Of a stretch of DNA of 50,755 bases, positions 39,747 through 48,383 are shown piece by piece. Location of the stretch: positions 1 to 50,755 of the IMG/VR virus record IMGVR_UViG_3300032030_000012; one strand, written 5' to 3'. The DNA comes from a virus. Taxonomy: Duplodnaviria > Heunggongvirae > Uroviricota > Caudoviricetes. A program made the translations under genes and the position numbers. Each line of letters begins with the position of its first letter. Positions within the stretch are counted from its first letter, which is position 1. Below the pieces are notes generated by a model. The model was not told where the DNA came from. It ran no database searches and worked only from the letters and a program-made list of their open reading frames with translations.

Positions 39747-42161
39747 TTAATCATTATCGTCTTTAAGCTTCTTTGAATTTCTATATTCAAAATATTCACT
39801 ACCTTCTTTATCTATTGTATCAATAGTATATTGTTTACCTCTAAACCATCTCAATTCAGAAGAAGGATTCATAATATCATCATATTGAACATAATATACA
39901 TCATTTGGATTTTCTATAGAAGCTTGTTTTGCTTTTTCTTCAGCTTCTTCATTAGACATTTCATACCAAGTATGTAATACATGACCATTATCAAATTCAT
40001 TATAATGAGATATTCTTTTTTGTTTTGTTCCTTCTGTTTTTATCTCTTTTGATTCTAATAACTCATTATATATAAATTCTCTTAATTCTTGATATTCTCC
40101 ATTTTCATCTCCAAATTGACCTTCTAATTCATCTAAAGCTGATAGAGCATCATCTGGATCTTTTTCATCTAATTCTAGGTTTCTACAAAATGTTTTATAT
40201 TGTTTATCCATTCTTTTTAAATATGCATCATGGTCTTTATCTAAATCACTAGATTCATTTAAATCAAATTTTCCTATATTAGCCACCCAATATAATATTC
40301 CTGCATCTAAACCATATTGTTCTGCTAAAGCTTTTGCTTTATCTCCTGATAAACCTGCTTGATTAACTGGAATTAATTCTTTATATTTATCTTGTTCTTC
40401 TTTTGATAAAGCATTAAATTCATCTTTGAAATTTCTTCCTTCTATTTCATCTATTTTAGCTTCTTCATCTGACCCAGGTTCAGTACCTAAATCTGTTTTT
40501 ATTTCATCAGATTCTTCTATTATTTCATATTTTTCTATATCAGGAACTAAAACTTCACTTCCTGCCTCATTTATATATGTAGGTATAAATGAATTCTCAT
40601 AAGTTCCATCATCTACTTTAGTTAATATATATCCATCAGAAGTTTTTATTCTATTTGGATATTTTTTACCTTCAGTTGCTAATTTTTTTACTTCTTCATC
40701 TTGAGCATTTACTTTAGCTATTTCAGCATTTATAAATTGAGCTATTTCATCTACAGTATCTACAAAAGTTCTAGCTCCAGCTGCTCCTACAGTAACAGAA
40801 AATTTTCCCTGATCATTATCAAAATATATAAATATTGATCTTTTATTATTATCTTTATCATTTAATTGTATATCATTAAAGAATTCATAAAGATCTTCAT
40901 TAAATACTGTATATTGATTTAATACATAATCTTCTAACTTATTTAATAATTCTTCTTTATTTAATTTCTTTGTCTCTACTTCTTTAGCTTCTTCTTTCTT
41001 ATTAGGATCAGGAATATAATCCTTTCTTCCTAATAATTTATCATATACTCTATATGCATCTTGAACTGTTACACTACCATGCATATAAGATACTCTTTCA
41101 GTATTATCTCTTTTCCAGTCTAAACCTTCTTCTTTTACTATTTGTTTAACTTTATTAGCTAACCATTTTTTAATTTGTAATTCATCTTTGCCTCTAAATC
41201 CTGAAGAATAATCATTAGTATCAAACTTAGCAACAACTTCACTACCTTCATAATCTACAGACATATGTTGCCAAAATCTATCCATTCCAGGACTATTTTC
41301 CCATATACCATCAGATAACTGACCTTCAACTGAACTTAGTACATCATAAGCATTTCTATCAGTTAATCCTGTTCTTATAGTAAGATTATTTACACCTTCA
41401 TTTAATTTTTTAGATTCATCTAAATCTTCTTCCTCATCTTCATCAAAATTGTCATCTTCATTATAATATTCATCTTCGTCTTCATCATCCCAATGTTCAT
41501 TAAATTCAAAAGGGCCTTCACAATCATATATACTACCTTGTTTTGATTTTTCCAAAGAATCTAAGAAATTTTCATTTAAACAATAATCAGCTAATTCTCT
41601 TAATAATACTTCATAGTCATCTTCTTCTGTTATATCATATATACGTTTTAATATTTGAGGAACATCTCCTGGTGCATATTTATATAACCAATTAGCATAA
41701 GATGATAAATCATTAGCCCATCCATTTAATCCTGAATTTACATTATCAAACACATCACCATCATTATACCATTTATAAATTAATTTATTTACAGCAGTAA
41801 CTATTTGAGATGCAAATGTTTCACCTTCTCCTTGATCTGGCATATATTTATTTACTAAGTCTTCAAATTTATCATAATAGCTCCAATCAACTCCTTCTGT
41901 TAAAGGTTTTGTTAAAGCTTCATTTTCAGGATCTTCAAGTAAGGCTTTTGCTGTAGCTTCTTCTAATCCTTCTTTCTTTATAGAAGACATATAATCTTCC
42001 ATAGCTTCTTTTACACCACAATCAGGACATATATATGTTTTGTTATCTCTTCTAGATAAAGCAGGATAACTTAAAAACCAATTACCACATTTAGGACATT
42101 TCTTAGGAGTTTCATTATCATATGGCATTGGTTCTTTTTCTAACTCTTCTTTACTCTTCAT
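39747..42161 (-). CDS. Large acidic multi-module protein, putative head-internal polyprotein
   Basis: Likely start MKSKEE at 42161 (AAGGAG RBS); N-terminal CxxC..CxxC finger, then ~7 modules joined by LEEA, LTEG, LDES/LNEG, ATEG, IEES, LNES, LLES/KTEG. Confidence 0.75.
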   Translation of the reverse strand: MKSKEELEKEPMPYDNETPKKCPKCGNWFLSYPALSRRDNKTYICPDCGVKEAMEDYMSSIKKEGLEEATAKALLEDPENEALTKPLTEGVDWSYYDKFEDLVNKYMPDQGEGETFASQIVTAVNKLIYKWYNDGDVFDNVNSGLNGWANDLSSYANWLYKYAPGDVPQILKRIYDITEEDDYEVLLRELADYCLNENFLDSLEKSKQGSIYDCEGPFEFNEHWDDEDEDEYYNEDDNFDEDEEEDLDESKKLNEGVNNLTIRTGLTDRNAYDVLSSVEGQLSDGIWENSPGMDRFWQHMSVDYEGSEVVAKFDTNDYSSGFRGKDELQIKKWLANKVKQIVKEEGLDWKRDNTERVSYMHGSVTVQDAYRVYDKLLGRKDYIPDPNKKEEAKEVETKKLNKEELLNKLEDYVLNQYTVFNEDLYEFFNDIQLNDKDNNKRSIFIYFDNDQGKFSVTVGAAGARTFVDTVDEIAQFINAEIAKVNAQDEEVKKLATEGKKYPNRIKTSDGYILTKVDDGTYENSFIPTYINEAGSEVLVPDIEKYEIIEESDEIKTDLGTEPGSDEEAKIDEIEGRNFKDEFNALSKEEQDKYKELIPVNQAGLSGDKAKALAEQYGLDAGILYWVANIGKFDLNESSDLDKDHDAYLKRMDKQYKTFCRNLELDEKDPDDALSALDELEGQFGDENGEYQELREFIYNELLESKEIKTEGTKQKRISHYNEFDNGHVLHTWYEMSNEEAEEKAKQASIENPNDVYYVQYDDIMNPSSELRWFRGKQYTIDTIDKEGSEYFEYRNSKKLKDDND

Positions 42162-42200
42162 AATATATTTCTCCTTCATTTATTAGATTTTATTTTTCTA

Positions 42201-42217
42201 TTCTATTATTATTTTAC
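42201..42217 (-). promoter_or_regulatory. Putative late promoter motif (copy 11)
   Basis: GTAAAATAATAATAGAA upstream of the polyprotein gene. Confidence 0.6.
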
Positions 42218-42229
42218 CTGTTTCATATA

Positions 42230-42763
42230 TTATTCCATTAATTTCTTTTGATCAGCAAGTTGTTTTGCTCTTTCTTTTTGTATTCTTCTAAAATGGTTGT
42301 GTGTTAGTTGTTTTATATTATGAGATGGGCAGAGTTTTTGATATCTATCTAATACCTGATTAAATTGATATCTTGATATATTTTCTTGTTCACAAAATTC
42401 TCCAAGTGTCATTATTGAGTTCATATAACTAGTAATTATTCTAATTATTTGCTCATCATTATAGTTATTAACACTTGTACCAGCTTTATCTATTCTATCT
42501 CTAACATCAAATCTTGATTCTTCAGCAATGATCAAATTATTAGGATCTTTTTTACATTCATCACAAATAAATGTAATATAATATGGATCTTTTCTATTAT
42601 GTAATGTTTTACCTTCTTTACCACATATACAACATATTTTTTGAATTTCAGGTTTTCTAGCTATCATATTAATTATTTTAACTCTTGTTCTTTGCCAGTT
42701 TTGAGCTTCTATTTTCTCAGCTGGTGTTAGTCTTTTCTTTCCTCTATCCCATGTCTTTTTCAT
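42230..42763 (-). CDS. Basic zinc-finger protein with possible HTH (putative DNA-binding)
   Basis: CCICG...CDEC; C-terminal MTLGEFCEQENISRYQF; likely start MKKTW at 42763. Confidence 0.55.
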   Translation of the reverse strand: MKKTWDRGKKRLTPAEKIEAQNWQRTRVKIINMIARKPEIQKICCICGKEGKTLHNRKDPYYITFICDECKKDPNNLIIAEESRFDVRDRIDKAGTSVNNYNDEQIIRIITSYMNSIMTLGEFCEQENISRYQFNQVLDRYQKLCPSHNIKQLTHNHFRRIQKERAKQLADQKKLME

Positions 42764-42800
42764 TTTTCTCACTTCCTCTCCTATAATATTTTTATAGGCC

Positions 42801-42989
42801 TTAATCACAATTACTTACTTCTTTTAATATCATAATTATTACTATGATTGATAAAGGTATCATTAACCAAAAATGATTTTCTATAAATTGTTCTATTATC
42901 CCTAATATATAGAAAAATCCTAATATTAGTAATGTTCCTATTATACCTCCTATTAAATTTTTCATTAGTTCCTTAACGATTTTTTCCAT
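42801..42989 (-). CDS. Small two-TM membrane protein
   Basis: 62 aa with two hydrophobic segments. Confidence 0.7.
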   Translation of the reverse strand: MEKIVKELMKNLIGGIIGTLLILGFFYILGIIEQFIENHFWLMIPLSIIVIIMILKEVSNCD

Positions 42990-43026
42990 AGTATTTTTCT
43001 TCCTTTCTACATACTTTCTTAAATAT

Positions 43027-43058
43027 ATTATACTATATATTTTAAAAGATGGAACGGG
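43027..43058 (-). promoter_or_regulatory. Second promoter class CCCGTT-N20-TATAAT (copy B)
   Basis: Intergenic, upstream of 42989. Confidence 0.65.
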
Positions 43059-43060
43059 GT

Positions 43061-43516
43061 TTATAAAATATTTTTTAAATCTTTCAACTCCTTGAAAACA
43101 AAGTCTTTACAAGTGATTTCATCTAATTTTTTATTTAAATGAGCAGTAAATTTAGCCATACATTCATTACATAAATCTTTACCTAATTCAAATTCATTTT
43201 GAACATACCAATCAGAATCAGGTCTACCTGCTCCGAATTCCCCTTCATAATAATAAATATATTGATTCCAGTCTCTATTATCATATTCTTTTCCACATAT
43301 ATCACATTTGCATACTATAAAAGTTTTCTCTTCTTCTATTTCATGCATACCTCTTTTATCATCTGATAATAAATCATTAAAAGCAGGATGTTTTATATTA
43401 TGAGATCCACATTTATTACATACAAGTCTTATATTCTCAGATCCACAGTCATTACAAAATTGAACTAATCTATATTGACCAGTTTTAACTTTCCTCGTTT
43501 CCTTCCTCAAAAACAT
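43061..43516 (-). CDS. Zinc-ribbon protein
   Basis: Four CxxC pairs. Confidence 0.7.
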   Translation of the reverse strand: MFLRKETRKVKTGQYRLVQFCNDCGSENIRLVCNKCGSHNIKHPAFNDLLSDDKRGMHEIEEEKTFIVCKCDICGKEYDNRDWNQYIYYYEGEFGAGRPDSDWYVQNEFELGKDLCNECMAKFTAHLNKKLDEITCKDFVFKELKDLKNIL

Positions 43517-43910
43517 TTTCTTCAGACTCCTTTTTTATAATATCTTCTAAAGTTTCATCAGGATATTTACTAAGTTCTTTATCAACATCATAATTAGTTA
43601 AATCTTTTTCTCTATAATCTTTAACTAATTTTCCAGTATCTATCAGTTTATTATCCTTTATTTTTAATACAGTTCTTTTTAAAGCATCTTTCATATGTTT
43701 CATAGTAACTTTAATATCATCATAATCTTGAAATCTCATATCTACAGGTTCTGAAGTCCATGCAACAGGATTATCCATTTCATCATAATGTACTTCATGT
43801 AAAGCAAAATGTTTAACAAAATATTCTTCATAATCTTTCTTTGAATACCAAGTTTCTTTATATTCAATAAATCTAGTATTCCAATATTTTCCTGTCCATT
43901 CTTTATTCAT
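43485..43910 (-). CDS. Hypothetical phage protein
   Basis: WNTR...ALHEVHYD...P.AWT..P motif typical of small phage proteins. Confidence 0.65.
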   Translation of the reverse strand: MNKEWTGKYWNTRFIEYKETWYSKKDYEEYFVKHFALHEVHYDEMDNPVAWTSEPVDMRFQDYDDIKVTMKHMKDALKRTVLKIKDNKLIDTGKLVKDYREKDLTNYDVDKELSKYPDETLEDIIKKESEENVFEEGNEES

Positions 43911-44103
43911 AATCTTCTTCCTTTACTTTTCTTTTTTCATATTTATCATTATATATTCCAGAATCTCCATAATATTTTCTTCTTTTGTGTTGATAACAAT
44001 CTGGACATAATGCTTCTCCGTCAAGCCAAATTCTATCTCCTTCTCTTACATCATTTTTACACCAAGGACATTTTACTATTTCATCTAACCAACTATCACT
44101 CAT
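43903..44103 (-). CDS. Small zinc-finger protein
   Basis: CPWC...CPDC. Confidence 0.65.
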   Translation of the reverse strand: MSDSWLDEIVKCPWCKNDVREGDRIWLDGEALCPDCYQHKRRKYYGDSGIYNDKYEKRKVKEEDYE

Positions 44104-44351
44104 TTTCTATCTCCTAACCATAGATCTTCTGAATACAATTCATTATTATCTACTAACTTATTTAAATTTGGATTTTCTTTTTTAGCTATTATTAATGCTT
44201 CTTCTCTATTAACAAATCTTAAATCATCTGTTATAAATCCTTGTTCAGCATATTTAAAATCATTTGGATATAATATTATTAATTCGCTATGTGAATTTCT
44301 ACTAGCATATACTTTACCTTCTTTAGTTCTTATTGCTGGAGCTATTATCAT
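44100..44351 (-). CDS. Conserved hypothetical phage protein
   Basis: EQGF.T...RFV.R.EA..IA...ELYSEDLW. Confidence 0.7.
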   Translation of the reverse strand: MIIAPAIRTKEGKVYASRNSHSELIILYPNDFKYAEQGFITDDLRFVNREEALIIAKKENPNLNKLVDNNELYSEDLWLGDRK

Positions 44352-44353
44352 TT

Positions 44354-44647
44354 TTATTCATCCTCCAAATTACATATATAATATTGAATAGATTCATTAT
44401 AACTTATTGTATGAGGATATCTTTTAACAATATAATCTAAAAAATCATCAGTACCTGTATAATTAAATAATCCAAAATCATCATTATACTTTTCACAATA
44501 TAATTTATTATGATCTTTGCGAATTCTATCCATACAGTCCCAAACATTTGCATTATTTTTCAGATATTTTTTAATATCTATAGAATCTAAATACTCATAT
44601 TCATCATGTTCTTTCTTTTGCCATAACTCTTTCTCTTCTCTAGTCAT
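44354..44647 (-). CDS. Hypothetical protein
   Basis: Likely start MTREE at 44647 (AAAGGAG RBS). Confidence 0.6.
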   Translation of the reverse strand: MTREEKELWQKKEHDEYEYLDSIDIKKYLKNNANVWDCMDRIRKDHNKLYCEKYNDDFGLFNYTGTDDFLDYIVKRYPHTISYNESIQYYICNLEDE

Positions 44648-44649
44648 AT

Positions 44650-45006
44650 TCATTTCTCCTTTATATAATGACCGCATCTCCAGTCATCCCAACTATATTT
44701 ATCAGGATATCCTTGTTTCTTTTCCTTTGCAGTTCTAAAATTATCTTCTTTCCACTCTTCTAATTCTTTAGGTATATATTCCCAAACTTTAGTTATAATA
44801 TTTCCATTAGAAGATTTATAATCAAATTTTTCTATACCATGAGTATATAGAAATTCTTCTAATCTCCATTTAGATGCAAATTTAAAATACATTACATCTT
44901 TTGGAATATCATTAAAATAAGCTAAATATGATTTCCCATTATGTTCACCATATGCCTTTAATTTAGTATTATCATTAATAATTAAACAATCATTAAACCA
45001 AGCCAT
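44650..45006 (-). CDS. Hypothetical protein
   Basis: 118 aa, coupled to its neighbours. Confidence 0.65.
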   Translation of the reverse strand: MAWFNDCLIINDNTKLKAYGEHNGKSYLAYFNDIPKDVMYFKFASKWRLEEFLYTHGIEKFDYKSSNGNIITKVWEYIPKELEEWKEDNFRTAKEKKQGYPDKYSWDDWRCGHYIKEK

Positions 45007-45556
45007 ATCTGTTCTCCTTTATTTCTTCATATCCAAATCTATCTATCATTTCTTTTAAAGTTATAGGATACCAATCCCATAAATCACATCCACAATTATA
45101 TCTATTAGGTTGATCTATTTTATTAGGATTATTATGTAAGTGGCCATGAATATGTATAGATCCATAATGTTGTCTATCCCAATCTTCGATAGGATAATGA
45201 GATAGAATAACACATTTACCTTGATCTTCAATTCTTTTATAATAAGTTATTTCTTCCCACAATCTTTCCTTTAAATCAATACTATTTATCCATCCTTCAT
45301 CATGATTTCCAATTATTAAATGTTTTTTACCATTCAAAGATTTAACAATATCATTTATATTATCTATAGAAGCTTTACTACCTTTCCAAGCAAAATCTCC
45401 TAAAATATAAACAGTATCATTAATTCCTATTCTTTCATTCCATCGATCTATTAAGCCTTGTGTCATTTCTTCAATAGTTTTCCAAGGTCTATTTTCATAT
45501 TTTATAATATTACTATGTCCAAAGTGTAAATCAGATGTGTAAAATATCTTACTCAT
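44993..45556 (-). CDS. Calcineurin-like metallophosphoesterase
   Basis: SDLHFGH, LGD, GNHD, SHYP and HGHLH motifs. Confidence 0.9.
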   Translation of the reverse strand: MSKIFYTSDLHFGHSNIIKYENRPWKTIEEMTQGLIDRWNERIGINDTVYILGDFAWKGSKASIDNINDIVKSLNGKKHLIIGNHDEGWINSIDLKERLWEEITYYKRIEDQGKCVILSHYPIEDWDRQHYGSIHIHGHLHNNPNKIDQPNRYNCGCDLWDWYPITLKEMIDRFGYEEIKENRYGLV

Positions 45557-45863
45557 CTAAATTTACCTCCTCATTATTTATATATAACTTTCCACTATAA
45601 TAATGAATACTGCTATTTTTTATAATATCTTTACAGTTCTGTATTATAGCTTCTTTTATCTCTTGTTCATTAGATGTATTAGCAAGTATTGTCATTAGTT
45701 TTCCTTCTGATAATAAACTACCATTAACACCTTCTATTCTAAAATTTACTTCATGTTCATCCTCATATACTAATGTAAAATCAGATAAATAAGTACTACC
45801 ATAATCACAAGTAGGACATCCTTGTATATGATGAGAATCATATAATACATCTATTATTTTCAT
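45549..45863 (-). CDS. Hypothetical protein
   Basis: GCPTCDYGS motif. Confidence 0.65.
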   Translation of the reverse strand: MKIIDVLYDSHHIQGCPTCDYGSTYLSDFTLVYEDEHEVNFRIEGVNGSLLSEGKLMTILANTSNEQEIKEAIIQNCKDIIKNSSIHYYSGKLYINNEEVNLDE

Positions 45864-46447
45864 TATCTTTTACTCCTTTTATTATTCCATATAAATCCAA
45901 AATCAGTTCTTTTAATTTTACACATATCACCATTTTCTCTATGAAATACAATACCTTCTATATAATGAGTATTTAAATAATCTTTTATTCCTTCAAAAGT
46001 TCTAGGAACATTATCTAATATCTTATTACCATGTTTAAAGAAAGTATCAGATTCTAAATTATAAGGATTTGTTTGAAAATGAGGTCCACATAATTCATAT
46101 GTTCCATCTTCTAAATACTCTTTGTCTAATCTATTCCAAGCTTCTATAAACCATTTATCATCAGATTTATCTTCTTTAACTTCTACCCAATGAGGCCAAT
46201 GAGTTGTTATTGGATCTGGCTCAGGCTGACAAGGTATGGCTCCTTCAGGAGGCTGTTTACCTTGTTTTGCATCATATCTTTTATATAATTTGTTATTTTG
46301 TATCAAACAACAAGTACCATCATATTTTTCTGTAGCTAAACCTTCTCCGTTTATTACCCATTCACAACCAGGAGTTATTTGAGATGTTATAGCTTTAACA
46401 TTATGATTTTCAAACTCCCTTATAAATAAACTAGGTATCTTTTTCAT
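45863..46447 (-). CDS. RNA ligase-like nucleotidyltransferase (DUF5565/RLIG1-like)
   Basis: Motif I ATEKYDGTCC (KxDG), TYELCGP, EGIVF, KIKR. Confidence 0.7.
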   Translation of the reverse strand: MKKIPSLFIREFENHNVKAITSQITPGCEWVINGEGLATEKYDGTCCLIQNNKLYKRYDAKQGKQPPEGAIPCQPEPDPITTHWPHWVEVKEDKSDDKWFIEAWNRLDKEYLEDGTYELCGPHFQTNPYNLESDTFFKHGNKILDNVPRTFEGIKDYLNTHYIEGIVFHRENGDMCKIKRTDFGFIWNNKRSKR

Positions 46448-46449
46448 TG

Positions 46450-46749
46450 TTATTCCTTCCTAGGATCTTGAACTACCTTTAAACCAATACCTCTACTATA
46501 TTTATATAACATGAATAAAAATAAAGATTTAAACAATTCAAAATCTATATTATTTCTTTTACAATATCTTTCTACATTTTCATATGTAGGACATTCTATA
46601 AATACATTAGCTTGCAAATTTTCTAAATATACTATATCAATAGATAATTCTTCTCCATTTAATGTAAAATAAACTTTATTACTCCCTCTATCAGTTCTAT
46701 TACCAGGTCTTTCTTTTCCTATAATTTTAATATCTAAATTTAGATTCAT
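46450..46749 (-). CDS. Hypothetical protein
   Basis: Likely start MNLNL at 46749 (AAGGAG RBS). Confidence 0.6.
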   Translation of the reverse strand: MNLNLDIKIIGKERPGNRTDRGSNKVYFTLNGEELSIDIVYLENLQANVFIECPTYENVERYCKRNNIDFELFKSLFLFMLYKYSRGIGLKVVQDPRKE

Positions 46750-46833
46750 TTTTAATCTCCTTTTCTCAAGAAGATACATAATTATTCAGTTTTTACCTAA
46801 AACTCTGTTAAAACTTAAATATGCACGAAATAA

Positions 46834-47550
46834 CTATATATTTTCCAGATATTCTATCTCTTTATTATGCTTTTTAGCATAATCTATGTATAATTGAGTA
46901 GTTTTTCCAATGTATTTGTCTTTATTATAAACGAATAAGATATCAGAAATTAGTATTTCGTCTTCTATTAACTGATTTAATAATACTTGCTCTTCTTCAA
47001 ATAATTCAGGATTCTTTAATGATGAAGAAAAAACCATATTTCCTTGTAAACATAAATCTGTATATTTCTGGTTTATATCATCATTAAATTTTTTAGCTCC
47101 AACAAGTGTTATTATTTTTCTAGGTTTGTGTTTCAAATAGTTTACCAAATCAGTATCAAAAATGTTTAAGTATTTTTTATAAATCATATCACTATCATAT
47201 TCATCAATATGTACACGTTCTTCTTCAAGTTGATCTATATAATCTTTAGGAGTATATTCACCTGTTCTAAACATATCTAAAGAAACAAATAAATCAGCCA
47301 TAAAGTCAGCTATATTTTCTTTATCTATAAAATTTTCTTCACTAAAATATAAAGCATATACTACTGCTGTTAAAATATTTTGTAAACTATGATTAAGTTC
47401 TTCTTCAAAAGCTATGGCATAGTCTCTTCTAAAATTTGTGTCAATTTGATTTTCAAAAGATCTAATCCAGTCTACTAATTTTGATTTATCTTTATCTCTA
47501 GCTGCTTTTTCTAATCTTCTTAATTCATTTCTATTAATCAAACTTCCCAT
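46834..47550 (-). CDS. Hypothetical protein; C-terminal DUF4406/nucleoside deoxyribosyltransferase-like fold possible
   Basis: IITLVG..KF...SDILFVYNKDKYIGKTT....YAKKHNKEIEYLE. Confidence 0.55.
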   Translation of the reverse strand: MGSLINRNELRRLEKAARDKDKSKLVDWIRSFENQIDTNFRRDYAIAFEEELNHSLQNILTAVVYALYFSEENFIDKENIADFMADLFVSLDMFRTGEYTPKDYIDQLEEERVHIDEYDSDMIYKKYLNIFDTDLVNYLKHKPRKIITLVGAKKFNDDINQKYTDLCLQGNMVFSSSLKNPELFEEEQVLLNQLIEDEILISDILFVYNKDKYIGKTTQLYIDYAKKHNKEIEYLENI

Positions 47551-47571
47551 TATATACTCCTATTCTTGTTA

Positions 47572-48243
47572 TCAATCTTCCATTATAGTTATTTCAGCAA
47601 AATCTTCAGGATCCATTTCTGTATTATATTCTATATTTCCGAATATCTCTGGCATGTCTTCTTTAAACTTTAAAAGTAGTGGTATTAATAATTGATTTAT
47701 TGCAGGATGAGCATGTTTTGTACATCTTAAACTTAATACATGTTTCCATTCTCTTATATTACAAGTCATATTCACCTCTGCTGCTGTACTATGAGGTAAT
47801 AACATTCTTAATTGATCTGGAGTACAACCAATCTTACTCATCTCTAAATAAGATTCTTCAATATCCTCCATACAATTTTTCCAGAATTCATATTCAGCTG
47901 TATCTTCTTTAATATTTACTGGTTTAATAAATTTAATTTGATTATCAAATTTATCTCTACCATAATTACAATATCTTGTACTTTCAATAGAGAAAGAAGC
48001 TATTCTATGTCTTGTTAAGTCTTTATATACTCCTATATCACAAAGCATTCTTACAGATATTTTTTCATGTTCTAAAATACTTTCATGTCCTCTATTAATA
48101 CAATTTTTTAAAAGATTACTATAACTTGTATCTGTTATAGTATTCTCTGATCTATAACAAGTTCTGCAAGCTCTTTCTAATCTTTTCATAATCTTTTTTC
48201 CATCATAGTTTTCAACTTCTATTTTAGGATTAACTACAATCAT
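47572..48243 (-). CDS. thyX: FAD-dependent thymidylate synthase
   Basis: GHESILEH, RHRIASFSIESTRY (RHR-x7-S), R.LLP, N.REW.H...LR..AHP; start MIVVNP at 48243 with AAAGGAG RBS. Confidence 0.92.
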   Translation of the reverse strand: MIVVNPKIEVENYDGKKIMKRLERACRTCYRSENTITDTSYSNLLKNCINRGHESILEHEKISVRMLCDIGVYKDLTRHRIASFSIESTRYCNYGRDKFDNQIKFIKPVNIKEDTAEYEFWKNCMEDIEESYLEMSKIGCTPDQLRMLLPHSTAAEVNMTCNIREWKHVLSLRCTKHAHPAINQLLIPLLLKFKEDMPEIFGNIEYNTEMDPEDFAEITIMED

Positions 48244-48267
48244 CTCTGATTCTCCTTTACATTCAAT

Positions 48268-48299
48268 ATTATAACACATATTTTAAAAACTGGAACGAG
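48268..48299 (-). promoter_or_regulatory. Second promoter class CTCGTT-N20-TATAAT (copy C)
   Basis: Between a terminator and the thyX RBS. Confidence 0.65.
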
Positions 48300-48312
48300 A
48301 TTTACCAATAAA

Positions 48313-48345
48313 AAATAGATGTTATATATAATATAACATCTATTT
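48313..48345 (-). terminator. Intrinsic terminator
   Basis: aaatagatgttatat/atataacatctattt. Confidence 0.85.
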
Positions 48346-48383
48346 CTTGTATATTTATTTAATATTTTTTGGAGACAATTAAA

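Noticed and set aside
459-42217. The repeated motif plus hairpin as integron attC, shufflon or CRISPR-like sites
   Set aside because: Hairpin sequences differ and have terminator tails, spacing is irregular and kilobase-scale, no recombinase is present, and the fixed distance to start codons fits a promoter better
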